From Callorhinchus milii (lineage: Eukaryota): 64,000 nucleotides of DNA. Positions within the stretch are counted from its first letter, which is position 1, and the number at the start of each line of letters is the position of its first letter. The DNA is taken from positions 94,366,001 to 94,430,000 of the forward strand of contig NW_024704743.1 in NCBI RefSeq assembly GCF_018977255.1, written 5' to 3'. A program made the position numbers and the translations under genes. This document shows positions 39,871 through 51,628 of this stretch, in pieces. The notes under the pieces are model-generated. The model did no database searches. It had not been told where the DNA came from and worked only from the letters and a program-made list of their open reading frames with translations.

Positions 39871-42668
39871 TGTATAGAGTATAAAAGGAACTCCACATAA
39901 AACCTGATAGAGCAAGGAGGGCTCTTACCAACAAACGACCCACTCGGGCAGTGTATTGAAAGATCATTTTTCCAGCCACTTGCTATTCATTTAGCCAGCT
40001 ATCTGTATCCTTTCCATCATTCTCCCAGTGATTGTTGTTATCTCCTCTCCGCCACACTCCGCAAACCCCTCCCCCCTACACACAACTTGCTCAGTGATCA
40101 GCATCCTCCTCCCCCACCCCGGACCCTGTTCCTTGTTGGTAATGTTTCACGGGATCATTACAGATCATGGGACTGATATTGCAGGTGCTTGAAATCTGAG
40201 ATTTGCACATGTTTGTGCTGTACACACTCCATCTGTTTGCAGTGATCCATGCAACAGCTTCACAGAGAGAGCATTGACACTCACTCACTTAAAATTGTTT
40301 CTAGGCTCAGGCTCCAAAGGCTTGTTTTATTTACTGCCAGTTGGTTCCAAGGAAAAGTATAGTAAATTACCATTCCCTGACAGATACGACCAAGAGCACA
40401 GGAGCTGGGTATATACATGAAGGAAGAACCGTGACTGCCAAAATATAAAGTTAAAACAACACAGAGAAAAAGCTGGATCTGCACAGCATATCAATTGGCA
40501 TCTGAAAGAAGTTAATGCTTTTGTTGAAAAGTCTTCAGCAGAACAGAAACGGGTTGGGCTGGAGATGCAAGTTTTATCGGATTGAGACGTGCTGAACCAG
40601 ATCAAGAGAACAAAGACTTCGGGGTCCGCCATGCGTAGTTCGTTATGCATCATTTCAGAATGTACCCATAAGTGTCACAGATGTTGTCCTCCCACCCCCA
40701 CCCCCCAACCTTCTGCTTTCCCTCTCCCTCCCCCTCAACACCATTTCAATGTTGATGTCTGTGAAGCCATGCCACACTTTCGATTTCCGTCTCGGGAATC
40801 ACAGCCAAACTGCGCCAGCCAGTTGTGCAGAGCAATGTCCCACAAACAGCCATAGAGTGAGTAAACAATTTTATTTTGGGAGACATTTGGCCACGTGACC
40901 AGTTGGGACCTAGGTTTAAAGCCTCATCTGAAGGGTGGCACCTCAACAATGCTACAAACTCCCAGCCCTGCATTGGAATGGCATCTTAGACTTTGTGTTT
41001 CCATGTCCTGATGTGGGGCTTGAACCCACAATGTTCTGACTCAGAAGCGAGAGTGATACCACTGTGTCAGTCTGATTACTCTCGATTTAAAGAAATACTT
41101 ATAAATAATAATAAATTGGTCACTTCAATCTACAACTGTTTGTGGGATACTGCTGTGTGCAATTGGCTGTTGTGTTTCGCCCACAAAATATACAATCAAT
41201 TTACTCTACAGTGTATTCTGTGAAGTGCTTTGAGACGTCTCGAAAACATGATAAAGCACTATATCAAATACAAGGATTATTGTTATTATTATTATTACTC
41301 CCTGATGTCAGAAGCAAAATTGCCCTTCACAACACTGAACTAGTGCCCTTTTGACATGCCAAATCTGACAGTATTGTTCTTAGTTTATTTTCTGTCAGCT
41401 TCTCTTTCAGAAGCTGATAGCCCTGCTGTGCATTTCTAATGTTTTCCTGTTTTTAATTGGGAGGCATTCTGTGTTCGGGATATGAACGTCCTTGCGGGAA
41501 AATATTAACCCACAGCCAGACAGCTGCCTGCGAGCTGCTAGTGTCCAGCGTGTGAATGGGGTCACCAATGTCAGACGCGAATCTTCAGAGTAGTAATTAC
41601 CTGTTTGAGTTTAATTACCCAAAAACAGCTTCTGCTGTGACTGGAGTGATTAATGATTTATTTATTGTGATTTATTGATGATCATAGACAGTTATTTGAA
41701 GGAAGTGCATGTGCTGTGCCTGCATGCTCCAGGACAAAGCAGCTGGCCGGTCTCTTTAAAGGATATTTTTATAGAGCTGAATCATTTTGCTTTTAAAAAT
41801 CTGATGCAAAAGTCTGGGATCTGACTAAAAGGCTTGTACAATTCACAGGAGGGAATCAGACGAAGAAGGTCCTGTGACCCATTAGATTTCATCATTCCAG
41901 AATGCTAACACTACTTTTTCCTATTTACAGCAACAAGCTCCTTTTTTTTTAATGAGTCCAGTTTAATGGCCTCTATCACTCACCCCAGTAATCCATTTCA
42001 ATAGTTGATTACCCTCTATTTAAAGAAATACTCCCTGATGTCAATAGCAAAATTGCCTTTCACAACACTGAACTGATGCCTTTTTAACCTGCCGTATCTG
42101 AAAGTATTGATCTTGATTTATTTTCTATATCCCATTAAGCATCCTATATAGCTCTATAAGGTTCCCTCATAGACACATATCAATTTGAAGAGCTAGTCTT
42201 TCTGCACAGCTTATCTCTATATCATTGGACATCAGCTTCTTTGCTATCCTCTGCACTGAATCCAGGATCTGATCAGTCTGCTGTGTCACAGAAACTTGAG
42301 CTGTACAAAGTATTGCACTATCCAGTAGGTGTCAGCCTGGCTCAGTTGGTAACATTTGTGCCTCTGAGTCAGAAGGTTGCATATTGAGACTTTGAATCAC
42401 AGCAGGCATTCCAACAATAGTGCTGCATTATCATTATCAGAGATGCTGATAAAGGAGTTAAATCACAGTTGCATCTGACTGTTCAGCTGGACTTTAGCAA
42501 CACTCCACGGTGGGAGTCTCAGTCGTCCAGTTCTTGACCAGGCGGGTTCGCAGTACTTCAGGGCACTGCTGATGACAGACCATCCAGCTTGGCTCATCAG
42601 CAGGACTTGGAAGGGCAGATTGCTTACTGGGAGAAGGAATTCTTCCCACTTGGCTCCTAAGGATTCCT

Positions 42669-43303
42669 GTAATAATAATAATAATAATAATCCTTGCATT
42701 TGATATAGCGCTTTTCACGTCGGAAGGACGTCCCAAAGCGCTTCACAGAACACACTGTAAAGTGAATTGACTGTATATTTGTGGGCGAACGCGGCAGCCA
42801 ATTGCGCACAGCAATGTCCCACAAACAGTCATAGATTGAAAATGACTAATTTTATTATTGTTTTTGGTTTTGGAGGGATTATTATTAGGCGTGTGGAGTA
42901 AGGAAACTTGCCCAAGGTTTCGCCCTCTGCCTGTAGATCAGTGGCTTAGAGCATTTGCCTCGCAAGTGAGAGGACCTGGGTTCGATTTCCTGGTAGGGAA
43001 AAATGTTGGGCTAATTTCCTTCTCCACACGCCTCTGTTTACCTAGCAGTAAGTAGGAACCCGGTTGTTAGTCGATTGGTGGATTGCTGTTCCAGGGGTAA
43101 TAATCCCTTCAAAATAAATAAATAATAATAATTTGGTCATTCAATCCATAACTGTTTTTGGGAAACTGTTGTGTGCAATCGGCTGTCGCGTTTAGCCCAC
43201 AATATATACAGTCAATTCACTTTACAGTATATTCTGTGAAGCGCTTTGAGACGTCTTGAAGATGTGATAAGGTGCTATTTCAAATCCAAGGATTATTATT
43301 ATT
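42669..43303. mobile_element. Head-to-head pair of SINEs (short form on minus 42669-42930; long form on plus ~42932-43303)
   Basis: (TAA)n tail at the left, (ATT)n tail at the right, heads fused at ~42930. Confidence 0.9.
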
Positions 43304-43717
43304 AACCTTGCAAACCAAAGCCCTAATCGTAGGCTGGTGCTAGCTGGGCAAGCAGCGGTAAAGCCTGTCAGATAATGTTCTCAATGATAAGATATGCACT
43401 TTTAGCTGGTTTAACTCTAGCAGTACCCAGACATGCTCAAGAACTCCCAAGCCTTTCCTCACGCTAACTTTGCTTGATACTTTCCCTGCAGTACAGGGAG
43501 ACAGGGTGCATCCCACTCCAGACACAGGAACATTTTTATGTGCAGGTGGCATACATATCTAGAACTTAGTGTAGTTGCATACTCTTAAACATGCTGATTA
43601 CTTTTACAGTATTTCATCGTGTGAAATTTTTAAAAAGTGTTCATAGATAAATATTGTGAAATACAGTGGCATTTTTGTAGGAAAATGCAGCAGCCATTTG
43701 CACATTGCAATTACACA

Positions 43718-43770
43718 TTCCTACGTTCTTCAATCATTCTGCAAGACAGTGAAATGAAGAGATAGTCATG
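43718..43770 (-). other. Partial duplicate of the DTNA start-codon exon (acceptor plus ATG ATT GAA GAA CGT AGG AA)
   Basis: 50/53 nt identical to 44525-44577. Confidence 0.9.
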
Positions 43771-44477
43771 AGGGGAATAACATATTAATCTGGGGATTGT
43801 TGGCCAGGACAATATCCTTTTTCTTTAGGACCTAAGTTAAGCATTTCTACTGAAAGACAAAGCTTCTGACCTTGCAGCGCTCTTCCGGTACTGCATTAAA
43901 GTGTCATCTTAGACAATGAGGTCAAGATCCAACAAAGAGCCTGAATCATCACTTTTCTTAATCAGAGGAGAGAGTGCTACCTGATGAGCCAGGCTGACAC
44001 TGACCAGTTAGATTCACAAACAATGGCTAGACAGGAGAGGTACAGTTGCACTTGGGACTGTACCTGCAAGGAGTTACTAACTTCAAAACAAAAGGCGGAA
44101 AATTGGAGAAGGAAAACAAATTCTGAGGTGTACATGCAATATAATACAGAGAAGGGCAAAATGCACACAGCTTTAATAATGCACTATATTTCAATAACCA
44201 ACAAAATGCAATAGTTGGAAAAAAAAGTGCAAACTAAATGAGTTTGATTGAAAACATAAAAAGACAGGAGATAAAACTGTGACATTGAAGGAATCCTGTG
44301 GGTCACGGACCAAGAAACTGCACAGCAATAATGTAAATGTGGTCAAAGATTCATTACCTCCTCATTTAAAATACTCAACAGAAATAATGAACCCAGCCTA
44401 CATTTTTTTTATTTTACCTCTTTCCCCCCCACCCACCCTCCAGCAACAGAAGCTCTGCCTTCATACAAAATACTTAC

Positions 44478-44544
44478 GCATTTCTGCAAACAGCTGCCTT
44501 CTCTCTGCCATGCTGTTTTCTCTTTTCCTACGTTCTTCAATCAT
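44478..44544 (-). CDS. DTNA: Alpha-dystrobrevin first coding exon (MIEERRKRENSMAERRQLFAEM+), 67 coding nt
   Basis: Minus strand reads ctgcag|A ATG ATT GAA...GAA ATG C|gtaagt. Acceptor AG at 44546-44547, donor GT at 44476-44477. Confidence 0.95.
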
Positions 44545-45865
44545 TCTGCAGGACAGTGGAATGAAGAGATGGTCATGGGCTTGTATCATATCATCAAACG
44601 CATATTTACTGCACATCATGCAGCTATGTCACAACCTTTACATCCCACTTGTACTGCGACAGTGGGAAACACAGCACACATTATGAGGTTCAATTTTGTG
44701 GTATTTCTAAAATTGATTTCTTAATTAATCTGAAAGGAAATATCCTTCCAGTAACTGGAAGTACATCACACACTTCATGGCAACTTAAGGTAACCCAAGG
44801 AAAATAGTTGGCATTGGAGTGACATTCCTGAGACTACGTCAAATACTTCTTTCACAAAATCCACCCTATACCATTTCAAATGTTAAACTATCCCACAAAA
44901 CGGTACATTTCTCCTCCAGAAACTATCCACACATGCTCCCATCCCTGCCCCCAGCAACACACATGACTCACTGACTTGTGCACAAGTTGGGGGGCAGCAG
45001 AGGGGATTGAAGTGGCAAAGTGTGGCTAGGTTTACCACATGCTGATTACACTGGTTCATCTGAGGTAAGATAAAGCCAAGAGAAGCAAAAAGCTTCTTCA
45101 ACAGGAGAAAATAAATGTTCGATTTAAAACATTNAAAAAATAGCTAGGAGATAAAACCGTGACATTCGAAGAAAGCTGCGAGTCATTAATGAAGAAATTA
45201 CACTGCAGTAATGTAAATTTAAAAAAAACACAAAAAAAGTCAGAAGAAATCACTCTTCTATACGTCCTAGCTGTTAATAATGAATGACAAAGGTCAAGAC
45301 CGGTTAAAGCTGTCCATCTTCTCGATCAGATAATAGTGTGTGAATCTCAGAAGAGAAGGTAGGTAAAAGAATAGGGCGTGTGCGAGGGGAGGAAAGAAAA
45401 GTCTAGACAAAGACGCTTCTCCCCTCCCCTCCCACCCCCATTTGACTCAACACATACACACCTTTTAGGTTATGGGTTCTTCGTGGTTGCTGTATTTCAT
45501 GAAAGGAATGCGAAATATGTGAAAGATTAATATGCACCATGTAATTTCTCTCCCACATAAAATGTATAAGTATCTCAGTGCATGCCATGCCAGGAGCCTG
45601 GAAATGATGTGTGCTTTGAGGATATGGAATTTTCCTTCTGCCTATCATTGTTTGAATATTTCCCTAGCAGCTTTCAAAACTGACACCATATTATAATTTA
45701 AAAGATTTGGAAACATACATTTTGATTGTTTATTCTTGGAACAAACTATAGTATGAGGAGACATTAAGAATGTTAAAGGACTCGATCACATTATATATCA
45801 TGTGGTGAAATCACACACACAGGTATACCTCTATGAATAAACCACCCACATCAATGGCACTTAGA

Positions 45866-46823
45866 AACAACAACAAGATTATATTTGTATAGCAGCTTTC
45901 ACATCGGGAGGACGTCCCAAGGCGCTGGACAGAGTATAGCATTTCAGACCCGAGCTGGGGTCAGGAGGGCAAGGGAGGGGAGGGGAAGGGGGGTGGCCGA
46001 TGGCATGGTCGAAGAGGAGGCGGGACTTGAAGGAGGCTAAGGAGGGGGTGAGGTGGAGTGACTGGGGATGGAATTCCAGAGGTTGGGGGCAGAGTGGCTG
46101 AAGGATCTCCCACCAATGGTGAGGCGGGTGGGTCGGGGGATGTGGAGCAGGCCAGAGCCGGCTGAGCGGAGGGAACGGGCGCATTGGTAGGGGGTTAGGA
46201 GGTCACAAAGGTAGGGTGGGGCGAGACCACGGAGGGCTTTGTATGTGAGGACCAGGATCTTGAACTGATTGATTGAAACACTGATCATTTCATGATCCCA
46301 GATTCTACTATACCAGGTTTGCCTCGGGACCGCATCACTCCCACCCTCGCTCGCCTCCACTGGCTCCCCATCCCCCAGAGGATCGATTTCAAGATCCTCA
46401 TCCTCACCTACAAGGCCATTCACGGCCTTGCTCCCTCCTGACTCTCTGACCTACTATCCCCCTACCTACCTGCCCGTACCCTCCGTTCCTCTGGCTCCGG
46501 TCTGTTCCACATCCCCCGCCCCAACCGCCCTACCATCGGTGGCCGGGCCTTCAGCCTCTCAGCCCCGAGGCTCTGGAACTCCATCCCCCAGTGCCTTCGC
46601 CGCCTCCTCCCTTTCCTCCTTCAAGGCCGGTCTCAAGACCTTTCTCTTTGATCGTGCCTTTAGCTCCCCTCACGACTCTCTACCCCCTCCTCACTCCCTC
46701 CCTTCCCTCCCCTCACCCTGACCATTTCCCCCCTGCTCGGGTCCTTACCCAACTGTACAGCGTCTTGGGACGTCCTCCTGACGTGAAAGGCGCTCTATAA
46801 ATGGAATCTTGTTGTTGTTGTTG
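45866..46823. mobile_element. Back-to-back L2 3' ends (minus 45866-46266; plus ~46320-46823)
   Basis: (CAA)n tail at the left end, (TTG)n tail at the right end, L2 3' sequence in both. Confidence 0.9.
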
Positions 46824-49800
46824 CAGTTTAGCTCAGCTGCATAACTATGGGCATTTTGCTTTGACACAGCTATCTCATTTTCTAATAACTTTGCATCCTT
46901 TTAATTTTCACAGTGACACTGCATTTGATACAGCATCTAAAACTCTGAAATGTCTCAAAGTGCTTTGCTTAATAATTGCTATTAAGTGCAGTGGTTTTGT
47001 ATTCGTAAGCAAACATGGCAGTCAATTTACTCACAGGAAGGTCCCCCACATGCACGATGGTTTTGGCTGCATTTGGGGAAGGTACAGTTGGAGGCGGGCA
47101 ATGTGGTGGAGATAGAAGAAGGCGATCTTGATCAGGGACCAGATGTGGGGGAGGACGGACAGCTGGGGGTCGATCCGGACACCTAGATTGCGCTCTGGTT
47201 CGGTAAGTCTGAGGGACAGCCAGGGAGGTTGAGGAGTTTAGATCTGCAGGAGTGAACCCTAAACCTGTGTTCTCTTGTTCTGCTGTCGTGGTTCACCTGA
47301 AAGCATTGGTCTGAGTTTACTTTCCCAATCCCATACATAATCTTCCCTCTGAGACATTACCTTTCAGAACTGAACAGTCTTAGCTTGTCTGCGGTGAGTG
47401 TTGTCATATCTTGTACGCAACCAGTCTTCAGCAAAGACTAGTTGACAGCTACATCCCAGAGTTTCAGGGTTGTTTGCTTTATTTGTCAACATCTAAAACT
47501 TTGATCTAAACAAATCAGAGGAGCACAACTTTTCCTGATCCACTGGCAGCCATTTTTGGTACATTTCAACTTCTCTTGCCCTTTCCTTTCAAAACAAATT
47601 CTAAGCTTACATAAAGTATTTTTCAGAACCAAAACATTTCATCTCAATAAATTTCCATAACAAATAAGAGCTTGTATTAAAAAAGCAGCAAAAACATGAT
47701 GTAAAGAATTGAATGTATAACTGTTTTAACATTTGTTTTCAGCCAAAATTTCACGAAGTTGGCAAAATGTTGTAGTTTTTGCTAAGCTGTGAGTCTACCT
47801 TTGCAAACCAAGTAAGCAGGTTTGTGCAAATGCAGCTTGACATGCTCCGTGGTTTGTGTGAGATAAACTAGTGACAATGAAGGTAGACACATCTCCAGGT
47901 CCGGATTATTTTCACCACAGGATATTAACAGAAGTACGTGAAGCAAAATAACCTTTATTATAGCATTATTATAACCTTCCGAAGTTCTCTGGGTTTGGAA
48001 ATCTTGATACCATTGTCCCCACCACCAAATGTAGATTAAGCGCTCTGGAATGCTACATAGCCTGAAGGGTGCTATGTAAATGCAAGTTGTTGTTGTTGCG
48101 ACACCATTATTCAAGGGGGGAAGGAACAAATCAAGCAGCCAAAGTCACAGTTCTCCATACTGCTGGTCCATATACAATGCGGGCATATCATGGACCTACA
48201 TAGTAAACCTGACATGTAGTGTGCCCAGATTCTGTCTGGTTTCCTGCACTTGATGTGCAGGTGCAGAAAGCCTCCAGACTTTAGCAGGATCCCTGCAACT
48301 GCTGGAAACGCTCGTGAAACCAGTCACCACCGATTGGCTCGGCTTGGAGCATGCTGTGAAGTCAGTGGCAACATCACCAGTCCCTGATGATGCAGGAATG
48401 CCAACCAAACATGGTACCATCACACAATCCGTTATAACACAGGATGGGGAGCAGGGATCATATTATGGAGCAAACCGCCGCATTATATATAATGGGATCT
48501 AATTGTGTGGTCCAGTGAGTTTAATATCAATTGTGGGCAAATTACTGGAATGTGTCATCAGGAACAGAGAAACTGGGTATGCATGAAGTGATTTGGGAGA
48601 GTCTGCATCGGTTTGTGGCAGCTAGTCCACGTCTGATAAACCTAACTAGAAAATCAAAGTCCCAGAAGATGTAACCTGAAAGAGTTAAAAGATTAGGTTA
48701 TATTTTTCACCCACACAATATACAGTCAATTTACTTTACAGTGTATTCTGTGAAGCGCTTTGAGATGTCTTGAAGACGTGATAAGGCGCTATATCAAATG
48801 AAAGGATTATTATCATACAAGTTTGAAAAGTAAAATGCTCCCAGTTTGCTCCTCCAAGTCCTGCTGATGAGCCAGGCTGGCTGGTCTATCACCAGCAGTG
48901 CCCTGGAGGAGTGCAGACTGCCTGGCTCAGGAACCAGACTAGCAAGATCAACGCAGAGGGATTGGACTCAATTTCACCGTTCCATTGCCAAACACCTCAC
49001 CTTACAGCCATTTCAGCTCCAAGAAGATCCCACTTACCTCCCTCTCAAGGACAATAATCATGAGTGGATTGCTTTGTGGCTGGCTGCCGGCTTGGGTTCC
49101 CAAACCTTGCTGGAGATCTATATATATCATGGGACTAGAGGCCACTTGAAACAGTTTTTCACTGTTGAAGTTCCCCCTCTGGAGTTGCTGGCACCTCTCC
49201 TGCTGCAGCTAGTGCAGGAAAATGATTGGAGCAATGAAAGGGTTAGCACAATATCCCTCCCATAGCTCCCAATGAGATGATCAAACAACTCCTACCCTGC
49301 TGATCAGCTGAGGAGATGCCAAGTGTCTCATCTACCCAGTTAGCAACTAATAACAAAAAATAATAATCCTTGCATTTAATCTAGCGCTTTTCACAGGGGG
49401 AGGAAATCTTAAAGTGCTTCACAGGATTTATTCATTGACTGTATTTTATAGGCAAACGTGGCAGCCAATTTGCACACAGCAATGTCCCACAATCAGTCAT
49501 GAATGAGAATGAGGATTGACAGCCAGGACACCTTCTCTTGTTTTGTATACAATAGTGCCAAGCAGTTCATCCCAGCATTGTATTGGGAGAGTCAGCCAGA
49601 CAATGAGATCAAAGTTCCCACATAGGGCTTGGACCCACAACCTTCTGGCTCACAGGTGAATCAACTGAGCCAGGCTAACATCCCACAGCCATGAGCTGAA
49701 GAGCCTAATGCACCTGATGAAGTGCTGATAGAGGCATCACATGACATAGCTGGGCATGTGGCCATTTCCACCTCATATCCCCATTCCAATGTGACAAAGA

Positions 49801-50480
49801 CATTGTGGATGCATGAGACCTCATGACTACATGTGACACCAGGCTCCTTCTTTCCTGTCACATATCTGATCCCTAATGTGCCACACATCGCAATCCCTTT
49901 TGTTAGAATATACACTTTTTGTATAATGTTAGAATCATAACAGATGTTGTGAATGGGTTAACTTTTAAGTTAAGTGTGGGGGGCAACTGGACTGACAGTC
50001 ATGGTATAGGACTCATCTGGTTTTCTCTGTTTTTGAAAGAATAACAGGACAGCTTTGGAAAAGGGCAGGGGGTCACCTCTTGACAACACGCCCACAGAGA
50101 TAAAGGTCCAAGGTACCGGTCGACACAGGATCTCGACTTAGCAATAAGTCGCTAGATTCTGACAGGGCCTGCCAAGTGACAGAAGGCAACCCTCAAGAAT
50201 AGCAACTAATGAGCAAGTTGCTTAAACTAGAGGGCCTTGGTACCATCTAGGGATACTGATAAGAAATAACCAGTCACTTAAAAGGAATGTACTAATGATC
50301 CCACCTTACAAAATAACAAGCATCAGATAACAGGGGTCTTAAGGACAATGTGTATGTGGGCTGAGGCACGTACACCCCTTGAGGTGTTCAAGTGAACCCA
50401 GTATGATTTCGACAGGTGATCTAATGTCCGCACCATGATTGGACGAACATTGGTATAAGAGTTCCGATAACTTTGTGTAC

Positions 50481-50638
50481 GGGGCCGTCCCGGGTCGCGG
50501 AGACAAGGATACGGGAGATGGGGCCGTCCCGGGCTGTGGAGACAAGGATACGGGAGATGGGGCCGTCCTGGGCTGCGGAGACAAGGGTACGGGAGATGGG
50601 GCCGTCCCGGGCTGTGGAGACAAGGGTACGAGAGATGG
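50481..50638 (+). repeat. 39-bp tandem repeat x4 inside the LTR
   Basis: Unit ggggccgtcccgggctg(c/t)ggagacaagg(a/g)tacgggagat. Confidence 0.95.
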
Positions 50639-50947
50639 AAGACTGAGAGCTAGAAACACTAAGACTGAGGATATCAAATGGAAGATTGAAAGCTGTAAGC
50701 AAGAAGACTGAAAGCATGAAGAATCAAGCTTGTGTGCTGTAAAGACACAGTGTTGAACTCGAGATATCTACAGTGGTATTGTTCTGTTATAAGATCTGTT
50801 GATTGCACAGGCCTTTGGTTTGACGACTGGGGATATCTGGTTAACGGAATTAACGTTATTTTCTTTCAGATTTGGCTGATTTTATTTTCTAACAATTTGG
50901 GATTCAGCAGGATACTCTGAATTAATACACTCGGCAGTTGACGTGTT

Positions 50948-51136
50948 TATGAGTCCGGTACGACCATAACTAGTAAATATATGGGATGGTGGCCGTGGTA
51001 CTCGCAGAAATTAGGAGTCTGGTACGACCGTAACTAGTAGATAGTTGGGATGGTGGCCATGGTACTCACAGAAATTATGTGTCCAGTAGGATTATAACTA
51101 GTAGGTAGTTGGGACGATGGCCGTGCCTACGGGAAA
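50948..51136 (+). repeat. ~64-bp tandem repeat x3 inside the LTR
   Basis: Unit ttaggagtctggtacgaccgtaactagtagatagttgggatggtggccatggtactcacagaaa, with variants. Confidence 0.9.
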
Positions 51137-51384
51137 TTAACCGAGTGTATTAACCCATTGGGATTCTGAGTATTAAAGAACCAATATGATCCATTCGAGT
51201 GAGTGTCTCTTATTTGGATTTTCTAACACTTTTTCACATATCCTCCATCCGCTCAAATTAAGCGAGCGCTCCATGCATTTGGGCAATAGTAATGTCAAGT
51301 GCATCCGCAGTGAATTGAACAAAACGACTGAGGAGTATCGGCTTCTCCAGTATCAGAATACTTTCCCAACCCCTAGAAACTATT

Positions 51385-51628
51385 GACTCCAAATTCCACT
51401 GAGTTGGAGTCTTTAAGACAATTTTCTCTTAGAAGCTTATGATTGGCCACAATGGTGGAAACTTCTTCAATTCAATCTTAATTTTATTTGGAAGCCGATT
51501 TTCAACAGTTCTTAAAATGAACCAGCTTCCAAATTAAGATTGGATTTTATCATTTTCCACAATTCTGTGTGAATTAACATTTATAACAAAATGGTTTTAC
51601 AGGTTAAGACTGGCTGAAATTTCAGGCC
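51385..51628. mobile_element. Palindromic MITE, same family as 10880-11477 in opposite orientation
   Basis: aaatgaaccagcttccaaattaaga is nearly the reverse complement of tcttaatttggaagatggttca (~10989-11010); termini ctccaaattcca / tgaaatttcaggcc. Confidence 0.55.

Larger units (their letters stand above)
7012..44545 (-). other. DTNA: Span of identified alpha-dystrobrevin exons (partial gene; continues below position 1; 5' UTR exons not identified)
   Basis: Eight exons splice in frame to [54 protein letters not shown]...[10 protein letters not shown]. Motifs [30 protein letters not shown] and EYTSW match alpha rather than beta dystrobrevin as I recall them. Confidence 0.95.
49901..51228 (+). 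mobile_element. Solo LTR (ERV- or Gypsy-like), 1328 bp
   Basis: Termini TGTTAGAA...TTCTAACA; 4-bp TSD CTTT (49897-49900 and 51229-51232); ATTGG x2 plus TATAA at 50438-50458; ATTAAA at 51172-51177. Confidence 0.8.

Noticed and set aside
14967..45134. Single N bases at 14967, 16850, 38592 and 45134
   Set aside because: All lie next to A homopolymers and are sequencing or assembly ambiguities, not biology.
48860..48900. CTGATGAG as a hammerhead core
   Set aside because: No downstream GAAA closing a stem II in either copy of this repeat.
50481..51136. Tandem arrays as CRISPR-like arrays, and the 90-aa ORF 50439-50711 with GAVPGCGDKDTGD repeats as a gene
   Set aside because: Units are contiguous with no unique spacers and the context is eukaryotic. 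The ORF arises because the 39-bp unit is a multiple of three.
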